Below, one piece after another: positions 47,619 through 57,616 of a stretch of 64,000 nucleotides of DNA. A program made the translations under genes and the position numbers. This stretch comes from a bacterium. Lineage in GTDB: Bacteria > Zhuqueibacterota > QNDG01 > JABMRT01. The first letter of the stretch is position 1. The number at the start of each line of letters is the position of its first letter. The stretch lies in NCBI GenBank assembly GCA_011046415.1, contig DSAP01000089.1, positions 4,064 through 68,063 of the forward strand. The letters are read 5' to 3'. Under the pieces are notes generated by a model. The model did not search any database. It was not told the DNA's origin and was given only the letters and a program-made list of their open reading frames with translations.

Positions 47619-50210
47619 ATGAGTCGGAAACACACCTTCAAACCCCTGACGATCCTGACCTTCATCATGCTGGCGTTCCTCGTCGGGAGGACATTTTCAC
47701 AGGTCCTGATCAATGAACTCGATTCGGATACGCCTGGCACGGACACCCTCGAATTCATCGAATTGTACGACGGCGGGACGGGCAATACCCCGCTCGACGG
47801 TCTGGTGTTGGTCTTCTTTAACGGAAGCGGGGATGTCTCATACCGCACGATCGGTCTGGACGGCCACGCCACGGATCCGGACGGGTATTTCGTGGTGGGC
47901 AACCCGGATGTGGCGGAAGCCGGTCTGCACTTTCCGGCCGGCGGGCTTCAGAACGGTCCCGATGCGGTTGCCCTCTACCGGAGGAATGTGCCGGACTTTC
48001 CGAACGGCACGGCGCCGACGACGGAGGGGTTGATCGACGCCCTGGTCTACGGCACAAACGATCCCGAGGCCGCGGGCCTGATGGGGCTCCTCAATCCGGG
48101 GCAGAGCCAGGCCGATGAGCAGGGTCTCGGCGACAAAGACAACCATTCGCTCCAGCGCTTCCCGAACGGAAGCGGCGGTTTGCGCAACACCGCGACATTC
48201 ATGCCGCGTCCGCCCACGCCCGGTCGGTCGAACGGCGGGGAAACGCAGCACCTCGAAATCCACGACGTGCAGGGCAACGGACTGGTTTCACCGAAAACCG
48301 GCGGGCGGGCCCTGCTCGCCGGGAACATCGTCACCGGGGTGGCTGCAAACGGTTTTTTCATCCAGACGCCGGACGACCGGCAGGACGACGATCCGGAAAC
48401 CTCGCAGGGTGTTTTTGTCTATACGAACGCCACGCCGTCTGTCCGAATCGGGGATCTGGTCGACATCGAGGGAGAGGTGCGGGAATATCATGGCCTGACG
48501 GAGATCATCGCCGCCGCCCCGCCTTCTGTGCTGTCCTCGGATCATCGGCTTCCCGCGCCGGTGTTGTTCGACGGGACGTTTCCGCCTCCGGAACCCGGCT
48601 GGCCGGAAAGCCTGCTCGAACGATTCGAAGGGATGCGCGTCCTGATCCGGGACGGCGTGGTGTGCCAGCCCTCCGATGCCCGCGGTGAGGCCTGGATCTC
48701 AGCCTCGTACCGCCGCATTTTCAGGGAACCGGGAATCACCCATCCGGGCCGGGCCGGGTTGCCGGTCTGGGACGGGAATCCCGAACGTCTCGTCCTCGAT
48801 CCGGATGGCCTGGGCCTGGATGTCCCGCCGCTCTGCGCCGGCACCCGGATCGATTCGCTGGCGGGCGTGCTGACCTGGCGTTTCGGACAATACCAGATCC
48901 AGCCGACCCATCTGTCCGTTTCGGGAAACTCTTGCCTGTCACCCGTGCGCAGCCGCGCCGGGGACGAATTCACCGTCGGCACACTCAATCTTCACCGGCT
49001 GATGGACGATGCGGACGACCCGCTCATCGAGGAGGTGGTGGTGGACGCGTCGGTTTTTCGACGGCATCTCAGGAAACTGTCCCGGTACATCCGTGAAGCG
49101 ATGGACTGCCCGGACATCCTGGCCGTCCAGGAGGTGGAAAACGAGTCGGCGCTCGCGGCGCTGGCCGCACAGATTCAGGACGATGATTCGTCCGTCCGGT
49201 ACACGGCCTTTCTCCGCGAGGGCAATGACATATCAGGCATCGATGTCGGGTATCTGGTACGCGGGACCATCGATGTCGATTCGGTCGTCCAGAGAGGAAA
49301 GACGGACCGGTTTGAGTTTGGAGGCGCGATGCACACCCTGCATGACCGGCCGCCGTTTTATTTGTATTTTCGTTACGGCGGGCGGGCGTTTGCCGCACTC
49401 AACGTCCACATGCGCTCCCTGTCGGGAATGGACGGACCCGATTCGCTGCGCATCCGGCAGAAGCGGCACGCACAGGCTGAAGACGTCGCCCGTAGGATCC
49501 GGGACATGCGGCTCCGGGACCCGGACATCCGGCTCCTCGTCCTCGGCGATTTCAACGCCTTCCAATTCACGGACGGATATGTGGACGTGCTGGGCCAGAT
49601 CACGGGCAGTCCGGATCCGGCGGGATCGCTCATCCCGGTGACGCCGATCGTGGATCCCCCCCTCCTTAATCCGGTTTTTTCTCTCGATCCGGAAGAACGC
49701 TATTCCTATGTCTATGAGGGATCGGCCCAGGTGCTGGATCACATCCTGATCACGGAGGGCACGGCGCGGGTCATGCAGGATTTTGCCTTCGCGCGCGGCA
49801 ACGCGGATGCGCCTTTTACTTTCGGGGAGGATGAGGACAGCCCGCTCAGGGCGAGCGACCACGACGGACTGGTCCTGTTCCTTGATTCCGAACGGCTCGA
49901 CGGCGTCGGCGCGAATTCCGGGCGCATGCCGTCCGAAATCGTCCTGTACGGCAACTTTCCGAATCCCTTCAATCCCGCCACGCAGATCGATTTTTTCCTG
50001 CCCTGCGGCGGAATGGCGGTCCTTTCGGTTTACAATGTCCTGGGCCGGAAAGTGAAGACGCTTTATTCCGGGTTCATCACGGCGGGTTCGCACGCGATCC
50101 GCTGGGAAGGCCGGGATGAAACCGGACGCGACGTTCCTTCCGGGATCTATGTGATGTGTCTGGAATCGGAATCCGGGACCCGCGTCCGAAAAATGGTCTT
50201 GCAGAGATAA
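47619..50210 (+). CDS. Secreted ExeM/NucH-like extracellular nuclease: lamin-tail domain, endonuclease/exonuclease/phosphatase (EEP) domain and a T9SS-type C-terminal sorting domain
   Basis: RBS AAAGGAG before the MSRKHTF start. LTD: LINELDSDTPGTDTLEFIELYDGG..DGYFVVG. EEP: TLNLHRL..DILAVQEVEN..VLGDFNAF..SDHDGLVLF. CTD: YGNFPNPFNPATQIDFFLP..LSVYNVLGRKVKTLYSG..SGIYVMCLES. Confidence 0.75.
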   Translation: MSRKHTFKPLTILTFIMLAFLVGRTFSQVLINELDSDTPGTDTLEFIELYDGGTGNTPLDGLVLVFFNGSGDVSYRTIGLDGHATDPDGYFVVGNPDVAEAGLHFPAGGLQNGPDAVALYRRNVPDFPNGTAPTTEGLIDALVYGTNDPEAAGLMGLLNPGQSQADEQGLGDKDNHSLQRFPNGSGGLRNTATFMPRPPTPGRSNGGETQHLEIHDVQGNGLVSPKTGGRALLAGNIVTGVAANGFFIQTPDDRQDDDPETSQGVFVYTNATPSVRIGDLVDIEGEVREYHGLTEIIAAAPPSVLSSDHRLPAPVLFDGTFPPPEPGWPESLLERFEGMRVLIRDGVVCQPSDARGEAWISASYRRIFREPGITHPGRAGLPVWDGNPERLVLDPDGLGLDVPPLCAGTRIDSLAGVLTWRFGQYQIQPTHLSVSGNSCLSPVRSRAGDEFTVGTLNLHRLMDDADDPLIEEVVVDASVFRRHLRKLSRYIREAMDCPDILAVQEVENESALAALAAQIQDDDSSVRYTAFLREGNDISGIDVGYLVRGTIDVDSVVQRGKTDRFEFGGAMHTLHDRPPFYLYFRYGGRAFAALNVHMRSLSGMDGPDSLRIRQKRHAQAEDVARRIRDMRLRDPDIRLLVLGDFNAFQFTDGYVDVLGQITGSPDPAGSLIPVTPIVDPPLLNPVFSLDPEERYSYVYEGSAQVLDHILITEGTARVMQDFAFARGNADAPFTFGEDEDSPLRASDHDGLVLFLDSERLDGVGANSGRMPSEIVLYGNFPNPFNPATQIDFFLPCGGMAVLSVYNVLGRKVKTLYSGFITAGSHAIRWEGRDETGRDVPSGIYVMCLESESGTRVRKMVLQR
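49953..50210 (+). other. Coding segment for the T9SS-type C-terminal sorting domain of the nuclease
   Basis: Strong Por_Secre_tail / FlgD-Ig-like pattern. Confidence 0.6.
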
Positions 50211-50235
50211 AAACGGAATCCTATATTGTCGTATA

Positions 50236-50318
50236 GACCGCCTCAGGCGGTCAGGGGCCTGATTCCAGTCCCCGGGGTGTTCATTCCGGGACGAAATTTC
50301 CCGGAACGGACACCCCGG
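50236..50318 (+). other. Two GC-rich hairpins downstream of the nuclease gene: a 7-bp stem GACCGCC-TCA-GGCGGTC, and a nested hairpin with a 9-bp outer stem (CCGGGGTGT..ACACCCCGG) and an 8-bp inner stem (TTCCGGGA-cgaaatt-TCCCGGAA)
   Basis: Seen directly in the sequence. No U-tract follows, so it is not a classical intrinsic terminator. Confidence 0.35.
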
Positions 50319-50442
50319 ATTTCAGCAAGCTGCAGGAGATTTGCGAAAATCCTGCGCGACGGAAAACGGGGTCACGCAAAAACACCTGTCAGGAATGTCC
50401 CGTGAGACATGAATCCCCATCACGCATCCAGGGAGCGGCCGC

Positions 50443-50742
50443 ATGGAAATCCACCTGTTTTGTCATGCCTGCGGAAAGGAAATTACCTTCCGGGACAGGG
50501 TATACCGTCAGGAAACCTGCGCCCGTTGCGGACGGCCCGTACACTGCTGTAAGAACTGCCGGTTTTACGACACCGGCGCCCATCAGCAGTGCCGTGAGCC
50601 CCAGGCCGAATGGGTTAATGACAAGGAGGCTGCGAATTTCTGCGATGAGTTTTTCCCGGCCGCAGGCGGGGCATCCGGGGCGCGCCTGGAAAGGGAGGCG
50701 GCGGCCCGGAAAAAACTTGACGAATTATTCAAAAAGCGATAG
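50443..50742 (+). CDS. Small Cys-rich (zinc-ribbon-like) protein, hypothetical
   Basis: CHACG..(15)..CARCG..CCKNC pattern. GGGAG is 7 nt upstream of the ATG. Confidence 0.5.
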   Translation: MEIHLFCHACGKEITFRDRVYRQETCARCGRPVHCCKNCRFYDTGAHQQCREPQAEWVNDKEAANFCDEFFPAAGGASGARLEREAAARKKLDELFKKR

Positions 50743-50797
50743 ACTCTGATCACCCAGATTGTCGATTTCCGGGAATTCCTGCAGAAGGAGGTCGGGG

Positions 50798-51151
50798 ATG
50801 CGGGACATTCAGAAGGTTTACCTGAAGATTTTGCGGATTGAACTCGGAGACCTCGAGGAAGATCTGGCGTTGCTTATCCGGCAGTGCGATGAGGCCCGGC
50901 ACGCACACAGGGCGACCGAACGGGTTTCACTGAGCAACCGGATGGTGTATGAAAACGAGCTTCTGGGCATCCGTGATTTCCGCCGGCTTCTCCGGGTTTT
51001 CCGGCCGAACCGGTACGGAACCCTGGAGGAGATGATCGCCCGGTTGAAATCCGATTTTTCAGGCGTCGTCCGGAGTCACGGGCTGGCCGAGGCCATTACC
51101 ATCTGCGTCAACCGCAAGATCGACAAGGTCGCTCGGTACGTGACGCAATGA
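50798..51151 (+). CDS. Hypothetical protein
   Basis: A 117-aa ORF from the internal MRDIQKVY start. No recognisable family. Confidence 0.35.
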   Translation: MRDIQKVYLKILRIELGDLEEDLALLIRQCDEARHAHRATERVSLSNRMVYENELLGIRDFRRLLRVFRPNRYGTLEEMIARLKSDFSGVVRSHGLAEAITICVNRKIDKVARYVTQ

Positions 51152-51283
51152 TTGGGGGCCGTGCCGGGATGTGTGATTTTCCGGACGGATGTCCTTGCAC
51201 GTCCCGGAGACATTCATCATGATCCGTTCGTTCTGCAGGATCATCCCATTATTTCAGGAGTTCCTATCTCTGACGGAGCACGC

Positions 51284-52459
51284 ATGCACAGATACCCGCT
51301 GAATACGACGCGGTTGAAAAAACTGCTTTCCGATCTCATCCGGATCAATTCGGTCAACCCCTCCCTCGCTATCAACCGACAGGGTGAATCGGGAATCGCC
51401 CGCTATGTGGGGAATTATCTCAAGGACCTCGGTGTCTCCGTCAACTACCAGACGCTGAAGACCAACCGCGTCAATGTCATCGCGAAAATTCCCGGACAGG
51501 GGGGCGGTCCCTCCCTGCTCCTCAACGGCCATACCGATACGGTCGGCGTGGACCGCATGGCCATCGATCCCTTCGAACCCAAATTCGAAAACGGGAAAAT
51601 GTACGGCCGCGGATCGCTCGACATGAAGTCCGGGATCGCGGCACAGATCATGGCGGTCGAGACGCTTCTCGAATCGGGGATTACTTTGAAAGGCGACCTG
51701 ATTTTGACGTTTGTCTGTGATGAGGAATATGCCAGCATCGGCACGGAGGAGACGCTGAAGACCCTCCGGGTGGATGCGGCCATCATCTGCGAACCCACCC
51801 ATCTCGAACTCATGATCGCCCATAAAGGGTTTGCCTGGGCGCGGATCGAGGTGTTCGGCCGGGCCGCCCACGGCAGCCTCCCGGAAGAAGGGATCGACGC
51901 CATCGTGAAGGCGGGCAGGCTGTTGACCCGGCTGGAGACGCTCTCGAGGAGAAAATTAAGCACCAAACAACACCCTCTCCTGGGATCGCCCTCACTCCAC
52001 GCCTCATTGATTCAGGGCGGGACCGAACTGAGCACCTATCCGGATTATTGCAAGATCGAACTCGAACGGCGCACACTGCCCGGCGAAGACAGGTCCACGG
52101 TCGAACGCGAACTGCAGAAACTGATCCATGCGGCCGGGAAAAACGACCCCTGTTTCCATGCGGACCTGGATGTTTTTTTCTACAGGCCGGCGTATGAGAT
52201 TTCCAGAGATCAGCCGATTGTCCGTTCGATGAGCCGGGCCGTCCGGGAAACAGGCAAGTGTCCCCTCAAGTACAGCGGCATGGGAGGCTGGATCGAATCG
52301 GCCCTGCTGGCCGGGGCCGGCATTCCGACCGTGATTTTCGGCCCCTCCGGCGAGGGATTGCACGCCGCGGTGGAATATGTGGATTTCGATTCGGTCGTGA
52401 CCACGGCCGAAATCCTGATCCGGACCCTGTGCGATTATTGCGGTGTGGTTGGACAATAA
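51284..52459 (+). CDS. M20-family metallopeptidase (ArgE/DapE-like deacylase)
   Basis: LLLNGHTDTVGVD, GRGSLDMKSGIAAQ, DEEYASIGTE, EPT metal-ligand motifs. Start trimmed to MHRYPLN. Confidence 0.75.
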   Translation: MHRYPLNTTRLKKLLSDLIRINSVNPSLAINRQGESGIARYVGNYLKDLGVSVNYQTLKTNRVNVIAKIPGQGGGPSLLLNGHTDTVGVDRMAIDPFEPKFENGKMYGRGSLDMKSGIAAQIMAVETLLESGITLKGDLILTFVCDEEYASIGTEETLKTLRVDAAIICEPTHLELMIAHKGFAWARIEVFGRAAHGSLPEEGIDAIVKAGRLLTRLETLSRRKLSTKQHPLLGSPSLHASLIQGGTELSTYPDYCKIELERRTLPGEDRSTVERELQKLIHAAGKNDPCFHADLDVFFYRPAYEISRDQPIVRSMSRAVRETGKCPLKYSGMGGWIESALLAGAGIPTVIFGPSGEGLHAAVEYVDFDSVVTTAEILIRTLCDYCGVVGQ

Positions 52460-52612
52460 CCGGCTGACCGCCCGCCGGACGACCGCATCCCCCCGGCATG
52501 TAAAGACGGACGCATCTCTTTATCGGAATGGAAAGACGCCGAAGACGGCATCCCGGAGACGAGATAAAACGGGATAAAGACCGGATACCGGCAAATCGGA
52601 TGGACACAGCCC

Positions 52613-54175
52613 ATGGCGCATCAGGAACCGTATGACAACATGACCGTACAGGCCCGGTACATGCCCCCCTGTGGCCGGAAAGAGGATGAAGTCCCACCCC
52701 CTTTTATCCTCGTGATTTTCGGCGGGGCGGGCGACCTCGGCCTGCGCAAGCTGCTGCCCGCCCTGTATCACCTGTTTATCGATGAACGCCTTCCCGACAC
52801 ATTCTGCATCCTCGGACTCGGACGCCGAGAAAAGACGGATGTGATTTTCCGTAAAGAGGTGAGGGCGGCCCTGAAACAGTTTGCCTCCACGTTTTACGAG
52901 AGCAGCAAGGCGGAAACGTTCATCCGGCGGCTTCACTATCTTTCCATGGATGCCGGGGATGCAAACGCCTATACGGAGTTGCGCAGCCGGATCCGGGATC
53001 TGAACCCGGCCGGATGTGACAATTTCCTCTTTTATCTTTCCGTGCCGCCTCATGTTCTGCCTGCGATCGTGCAAAATTTGCATCAGGCCGGTCTTTCCCG
53101 GGGTGAAGGTGCGCGAAAAATCGTGGTGGAAAAACCCTTCGGCCGGGACCGGGAATCCGCCCGGGAGCTCAACCGGATGCTTCTCGATGCGTTCGATGAA
53201 AACCAGATCTGTCGAATCGACCATTATCTGGGACGGGAGACCGTCCAGAATATCCTGTTTTTCCGGTTCGGAAACAGCATCTTCGAACCGCTCTGGAACC
53301 GGCGCTATGTCGATCACGTACAGATCATGGTGTCCGAAGAACTGGGCATCGGAACGCGGGCCGACTTTTACGAACAGGCCGGCGTGGTCCGGGATATCGT
53401 TCAGAATCACGCGCTTGAGCTGCTGGCCCTGGTGGCCATGGAACCGCCGGTGGGATTCGATCCGGACCTCATCCGGGATGAAAAAGTCAAGGTCTTCCGT
53501 ACTTTGCGCATCCTCGAACCGAAGGAAATCGACCGGTGGATGGTGCGCGGACAGTACGGGCCGGGGGTCGTCCGCGGTGAAAAGGTTCCGGGTTACCGCG
53601 GAGAGGAAGGGGTCGATCCCGGATCGAACACCCCCACGTTTTTCGCCGGCCGGTTCATGATCGACAACTGGCGATGGGCCGGGGTGCCGTTTTATATCCG
53701 AACCGGCAAGCGGATGTCGAGGCGGCAGAGCGAGATCTATGCCGAATTCCGTCAGCCCCCGTTGCGCCTTTTCGGGCGCACCTGCGATAGGATCGCGCCG
53801 AACGGCCTCGTCTTCGGGATTCAGCCGGACGAAGAAATCTCGCTCCGCCTCAGCGTCAAGACGCCCGGGATGGGGAACATTCCGCGCGCCGTGGACATGG
53901 ATTTCAATTACGAAGAAACGTTCTCCGTGAAACAGGACGCGCCCTATGAGCGACTCCTGCTCGATGCCATCCGCGGCGACCTGACGCTGTTCGCACGGCA
54001 GGACGGCGTCGAGGCCATGTGGGATGTGGTCGATCCGGTCACCCGTCACTGGGAGACACACCCTGCGCGGGATTTTCCAAATTATCCGGCCGGTTCCTGG
54101 GGTCCCGGCGCAGCGGAGGAACTACTCCGGAACGAAGGCAGAGTCTGGCGATATTCTTCCGAAGGAGTTGAATGA
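52613..54175 (+). CDS. zwf: Glucose-6-phosphate 1-dehydrogenase
   Basis: VIFGGAGDLGLRKLLPALY, RIDHYLGRE, EKPFGRD. Confidence 0.9.
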   Translation: MAHQEPYDNMTVQARYMPPCGRKEDEVPPPFILVIFGGAGDLGLRKLLPALYHLFIDERLPDTFCILGLGRREKTDVIFRKEVRAALKQFASTFYESSKAETFIRRLHYLSMDAGDANAYTELRSRIRDLNPAGCDNFLFYLSVPPHVLPAIVQNLHQAGLSRGEGARKIVVEKPFGRDRESARELNRMLLDAFDENQICRIDHYLGRETVQNILFFRFGNSIFEPLWNRRYVDHVQIMVSEELGIGTRADFYEQAGVVRDIVQNHALELLALVAMEPPVGFDPDLIRDEKVKVFRTLRILEPKEIDRWMVRGQYGPGVVRGEKVPGYRGEEGVDPGSNTPTFFAGRFMIDNWRWAGVPFYIRTGKRMSRRQSEIYAEFRQPPLRLFGRTCDRIAPNGLVFGIQPDEEISLRLSVKTPGMGNIPRAVDMDFNYEETFSVKQDAPYERLLLDAIRGDLTLFARQDGVEAMWDVVDPVTRHWETHPARDFPNYPAGSWGPGAAEELLRNEGRVWRYSSEGVE

Positions 54176-54924
54176 TGGCGAAGAAGAACGGGGTTCCATC
54201 GAGACATCAGGAGATCGTTGTCTTCGACGATGCGGATCTCATGATCCGCGCCTTCGTGGAGCGGTGGATCGCATCCGCCAGAAAGGCCCTCATCCGGGAA
54301 GGGAAATTCACGGCCGCCCTGTCTGGAGGCCATACGCCCGTCCCGTTTTACCGGGCGCTGGGCCGGTCCGTCGCGGAGATCATCTGGCAGAATTCCCATC
54401 TGTTCCTGGCCGATGAACGGCATGTCGCCCCGGATCATCCGGACAGCAACTGGGGCATGATTCGGCGAGAAATCCTCACGTCCGTCTTCCTCGACGAAGG
54501 CCACCAACATCCCGTGTCCATCGGTGAAACGGCTGAGGCCTCCGCGTCGCAATATGAAAAGGAATTGAAGCGGTTTTTTTCTCATGTCTCCGGTTTTCCC
54601 GCAATCGACCTGCTTGTCCTCGGCCTCGGCACGGACGGCCATGTCGCTTCCCTCTTTCCGGGCGATGCGGCGCTCGCGGAAAAGAGACGCTGGTGTGTCG
54701 CCGCCGGGACTCAGGACGTGAAGCACCGCCGGATTTCCCTGACCTTTCCCGTGATCCGGCATGCGAGGGAAATCCTGTATCTCATCCGCGGGGAAGAGAA
54801 GGCCGGGCGGGTCAGGCAGATCCTCGTCGATCGCGACCGCGGACTTCCGGCGACCAGGGCGCAGTCCCGAAAAGGCCAGACCGTGTATTTGCTCGACCGG
54901 GCGGCGGCGTCCCGGCTTCCCTGA
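54172..54924 (+). CDS. pgl: 6-phosphogluconolactonase
   Basis: ALSGGHTP, LVLGLGTDGHVASLFPG. ATGA overlap with zwf. Confidence 0.85.
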   Translation: MMAKKNGVPSRHQEIVVFDDADLMIRAFVERWIASARKALIREGKFTAALSGGHTPVPFYRALGRSVAEIIWQNSHLFLADERHVAPDHPDSNWGMIRREILTSVFLDEGHQHPVSIGETAEASASQYEKELKRFFSHVSGFPAIDLLVLGLGTDGHVASLFPGDAALAEKRRWCVAAGTQDVKHRRISLTFPVIRHAREILYLIRGEEKAGRVRQILVDRDRGLPATRAQSRKGQTVYLLDRAAASRLP

Positions 54925-54968
54925 AGCGATGCATCGGGCAGGCGGTCATTGAAACAGGTTGATTGTCG

Positions 54969-55000
54969 GAGACCGCGGAGTTCTCGCGCCTTTTTTTCTT
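54969..55000 (+). terminator. Putative intrinsic terminator after pgl (imperfect GC hairpin followed by T7)
   Basis: GACCGCGGAGTTCTCGCGCC followed by TTTTTTTCTTCTTTT. Confidence 0.45.
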
Positions 55001-55330
55001 CTTTTCAACCGATCCTTTTTCGTGTTTTCCGTGTCTTTCGCGGGAGTTATTTTTTCAGCCTCCCCGGACGCCGTGTTCCCAGGTTTTTTATGCCATTCGC
55101 AATGTGCCCCCTTCCTGAATGATCCGGGTTGATATTTTTATATTCTCCTCATCCTCTCTTGGAAATTTATTAAAATTGTTTATATTTTGTTTATTCCGGA
55201 CACTTCGATCGGATGATTTTCCAACCGGGATCTTTTCCATGTCACGAAACAAACGGCATGACATAAAATCACGTTTTTATTTTGTAACCGGAAGAGTCAT
55301 CCGGGATTCCATTCATTCTCAGCGAGGGAA

Positions 55331-57616
55331 ATGACTCTCATGTCCTCTTTGATCACCCGCATTCTGCTTGCGCTTTTTTTTCTTTCGGGATTCGCCGGCC
55401 TGATCTATGAGATTCTCTGGATCAAGACCTTTTCCTTTGTCCTGGGCAATACGGTTTATACCCTCTCGACCGTGCTCGCGGCCTATATGGCCGGCCTGGC
55501 TCTCGGCAGTTACCTGATCGGGCGATGGACGCTGAGAAACCGGAACCCCCTCCTTCTTTTCTCGGGACTCCAGCTTGGAATCGGTCTGGCCTGTTATGTG
55601 TTGCATGAAATTTTCCAGGTCCACTTGAAAAATCTCGGGGCCATCGGCGTGCTGGATCCCTCACAGACGGGTGCGATCCTGATCCGTTTTTTGCTTTCTT
55701 TCGCGCTGCTTTTACCGCCGACATTTCTCATGGGCGGCACGCTTCCGGTCCTTTCGAAATTCCTTGCACGGCGAAGGGAAACCCTGGGAAAGACAATCGG
55801 CATGCTCTACGGGTTCAACACACTCGGAGCGGCCTGCGGCAGTTTCGTCACGGGTTTTTTTCTCATCCGTCTGTTCGGGCTGAACGCGACCAACGGGATC
55901 GCCGTGGCGATGAACGGCGTGGTCGCCGCGGGCGGACTCGTCCTGGCCGTTCTCGTTCCGAAACAGGAGGACGGGCCGGTGGAACGGCCGTCTTCCCCGG
56001 CCCGCACCCCGGGGTTGCCCGGGCGCGTCCGGCTTCTCTTGATCCTCCTGATGTTCTCTGGATTCACGGCGTTCTCATACGAAGTCGTTTACGCGCGTCT
56101 CGCTTCTTTTCTCCTCGGAGATCGGATTTTCGCGGCCACGACCATGGTCACCGCCTTCATACTCGGCATCGGACTGGGCAGTCTGCTTATCGCCCGATGG
56201 ATCGACAGGGACGGGAAGGAATGGCTCTGGTTTTCCGGGCTCCAGGCGCTCATCGGACTCTCCGCCGCGATAACCATGATCTTTTTTTCTGATTACCTCG
56301 CCGCGTTGTCCCGGTTTGAATCCCGGTTTGTCTTCGGGACACCCTGGCACATCGTGACTTTCCGTTTTATCCAGACCCTCATTTTAATCGGCCTGCCCGC
56401 AGCCGCCTTCGGTGCGATAATCCCCTGCGTGGTAAAATATATCTCTTCGGTACGCGGAACGGTGTCGATGGATGTGGGGCTGACCTATGCATTAAACACC
56501 GTCGGCTGTGTATCGGGCGCCCTCGTGACCGGTTTTGTCTTCATCCCGGTTTTTGGGACCTACGACAGCATGATCGGAACCGCTTTGTTGTCCCTGTTAT
56601 TGTCGGGTATCGCGATTGCGATCTGGGCATGCCATCGTCCGGTCCGGATCCGTGCCGTCTTCGCCGCGGGATGGGCTTGCGCTTTTGCGGCGGTAATGCT
56701 CTGTTCGATCCACTTCAAAACCTATCCATGGCCACGCGAGGGGAAACGGCTGATCTTTTCCGAAGAGGACGCCTCGGCCCTGATCACGGTTTATGAAGGG
56801 CCCGCCGGTTTTTATCTCTACGGCGGCAATTCCATGCTTTCCTTTCCCATCGGGCGAACCACCGCGGAATCGGTGCAGCGGTTTCAGGCGCATCTGCCGC
56901 TTATGCTCCATCCGAATCCGAAAGATGTGCTCGTGATCGGACTGGGTTTCGGAGTGACATCGGGGGCGTTTACCACGTACGACGCCATCGAGTCGGTCGA
57001 ATCGGTCGAACTCTTCCCCGGCGTCGTGAACGCAACACCCCTATTCCATGCCTTCAACAACGATCTGGCGCGTCAGCCCGCATCCACCCTCTATGTGGCC
57101 GATGGACGTTATTTTTTGAAACAGACGCCCAAACGGTATGACATCATCGTCTCAAATGTCTGCCAGTCCGACGTGCCCGGCAGCGCCGGATGCTATACGC
57201 TTGAATATTTCGAGCTGGCGCGAAGCCGGCTGAAACCGGACGGCATTTTTCTCGTCCACCTTTTCGGGGCCGGCGGCCGGATGCTTTTCAAGACATTGCG
57301 GGAAGTTTATCCTTTTGTCGAAGGATTCCTCGGATACCGCGGCACGGTGTTCATGGCCGCCTCGCAGCGCACGATCCGGCCGGATGCAGTCCGGATCGCG
57401 GAAAAGCTGGCGGCTTATCCGGAGTTCCGTGCAGACCTAGAGCACGGACTCGTCCGGAATTATGAGGAACTGGCGGCCCATCATGTGTTTGATCAAAATT
57501 ATGTGGATCGTTTGCACGCGGATCCGGCGATCCGTCTGCTGACCGACGATCATCCGATCCTGGAATACGCCCTTCAATCCAGCGGCCCGGATATGTATCG
57601 ATCGGCCTTTGAATGA
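55331..57616 (+). CDS. Polytopic membrane protein fused to a spermidine-synthase-like (PABS-fold) domain
   Basis: About 12 TM helices (FFLSGFAGLIYEILWIK..), then VLVIGLGFGVTSG..YDIIVSN..LKPDGIF, a SpdS-like Rossmann fold. GAGGG is upstream of the ATG. Confidence 0.7.
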   Translation: MTLMSSLITRILLALFFLSGFAGLIYEILWIKTFSFVLGNTVYTLSTVLAAYMAGLALGSYLIGRWTLRNRNPLLLFSGLQLGIGLACYVLHEIFQVHLKNLGAIGVLDPSQTGAILIRFLLSFALLLPPTFLMGGTLPVLSKFLARRRETLGKTIGMLYGFNTLGAACGSFVTGFFLIRLFGLNATNGIAVAMNGVVAAGGLVLAVLVPKQEDGPVERPSSPARTPGLPGRVRLLLILLMFSGFTAFSYEVVYARLASFLLGDRIFAATTMVTAFILGIGLGSLLIARWIDRDGKEWLWFSGLQALIGLSAAITMIFFSDYLAALSRFESRFVFGTPWHIVTFRFIQTLILIGLPAAAFGAIIPCVVKYISSVRGTVSMDVGLTYALNTVGCVSGALVTGFVFIPVFGTYDSMIGTALLSLLLSGIAIAIWACHRPVRIRAVFAAGWACAFAAVMLCSIHFKTYPWPREGKRLIFSEEDASALITVYEGPAGFYLYGGNSMLSFPIGRTTAESVQRFQAHLPLMLHPNPKDVLVIGLGFGVTSGAFTTYDAIESVESVELFPGVVNATPLFHAFNNDLARQPASTLYVADGRYFLKQTPKRYDIIVSNVCQSDVPGSAGCYTLEYFELARSRLKPDGIFLVHLFGAGGRMLFKTLREVYPFVEGFLGYRGTVFMAASQRTIRPDAVRIAEKLAAYPEFRADLEHGLVRNYEELAAHHVFDQNYVDRLHADPAIRLLTDDHPILEYALQSSGPDMYRSAFE

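Noticed and set aside
55119-55334. 71-aa ORF in the AT-rich leader upstream of the membrane-SpdS genes
   Set aside because: Its composition is low-complexity (F/I/L/S-rich). It overlaps the probable promoter and RBS of the downstream gene. There is no start context and no conserved features.
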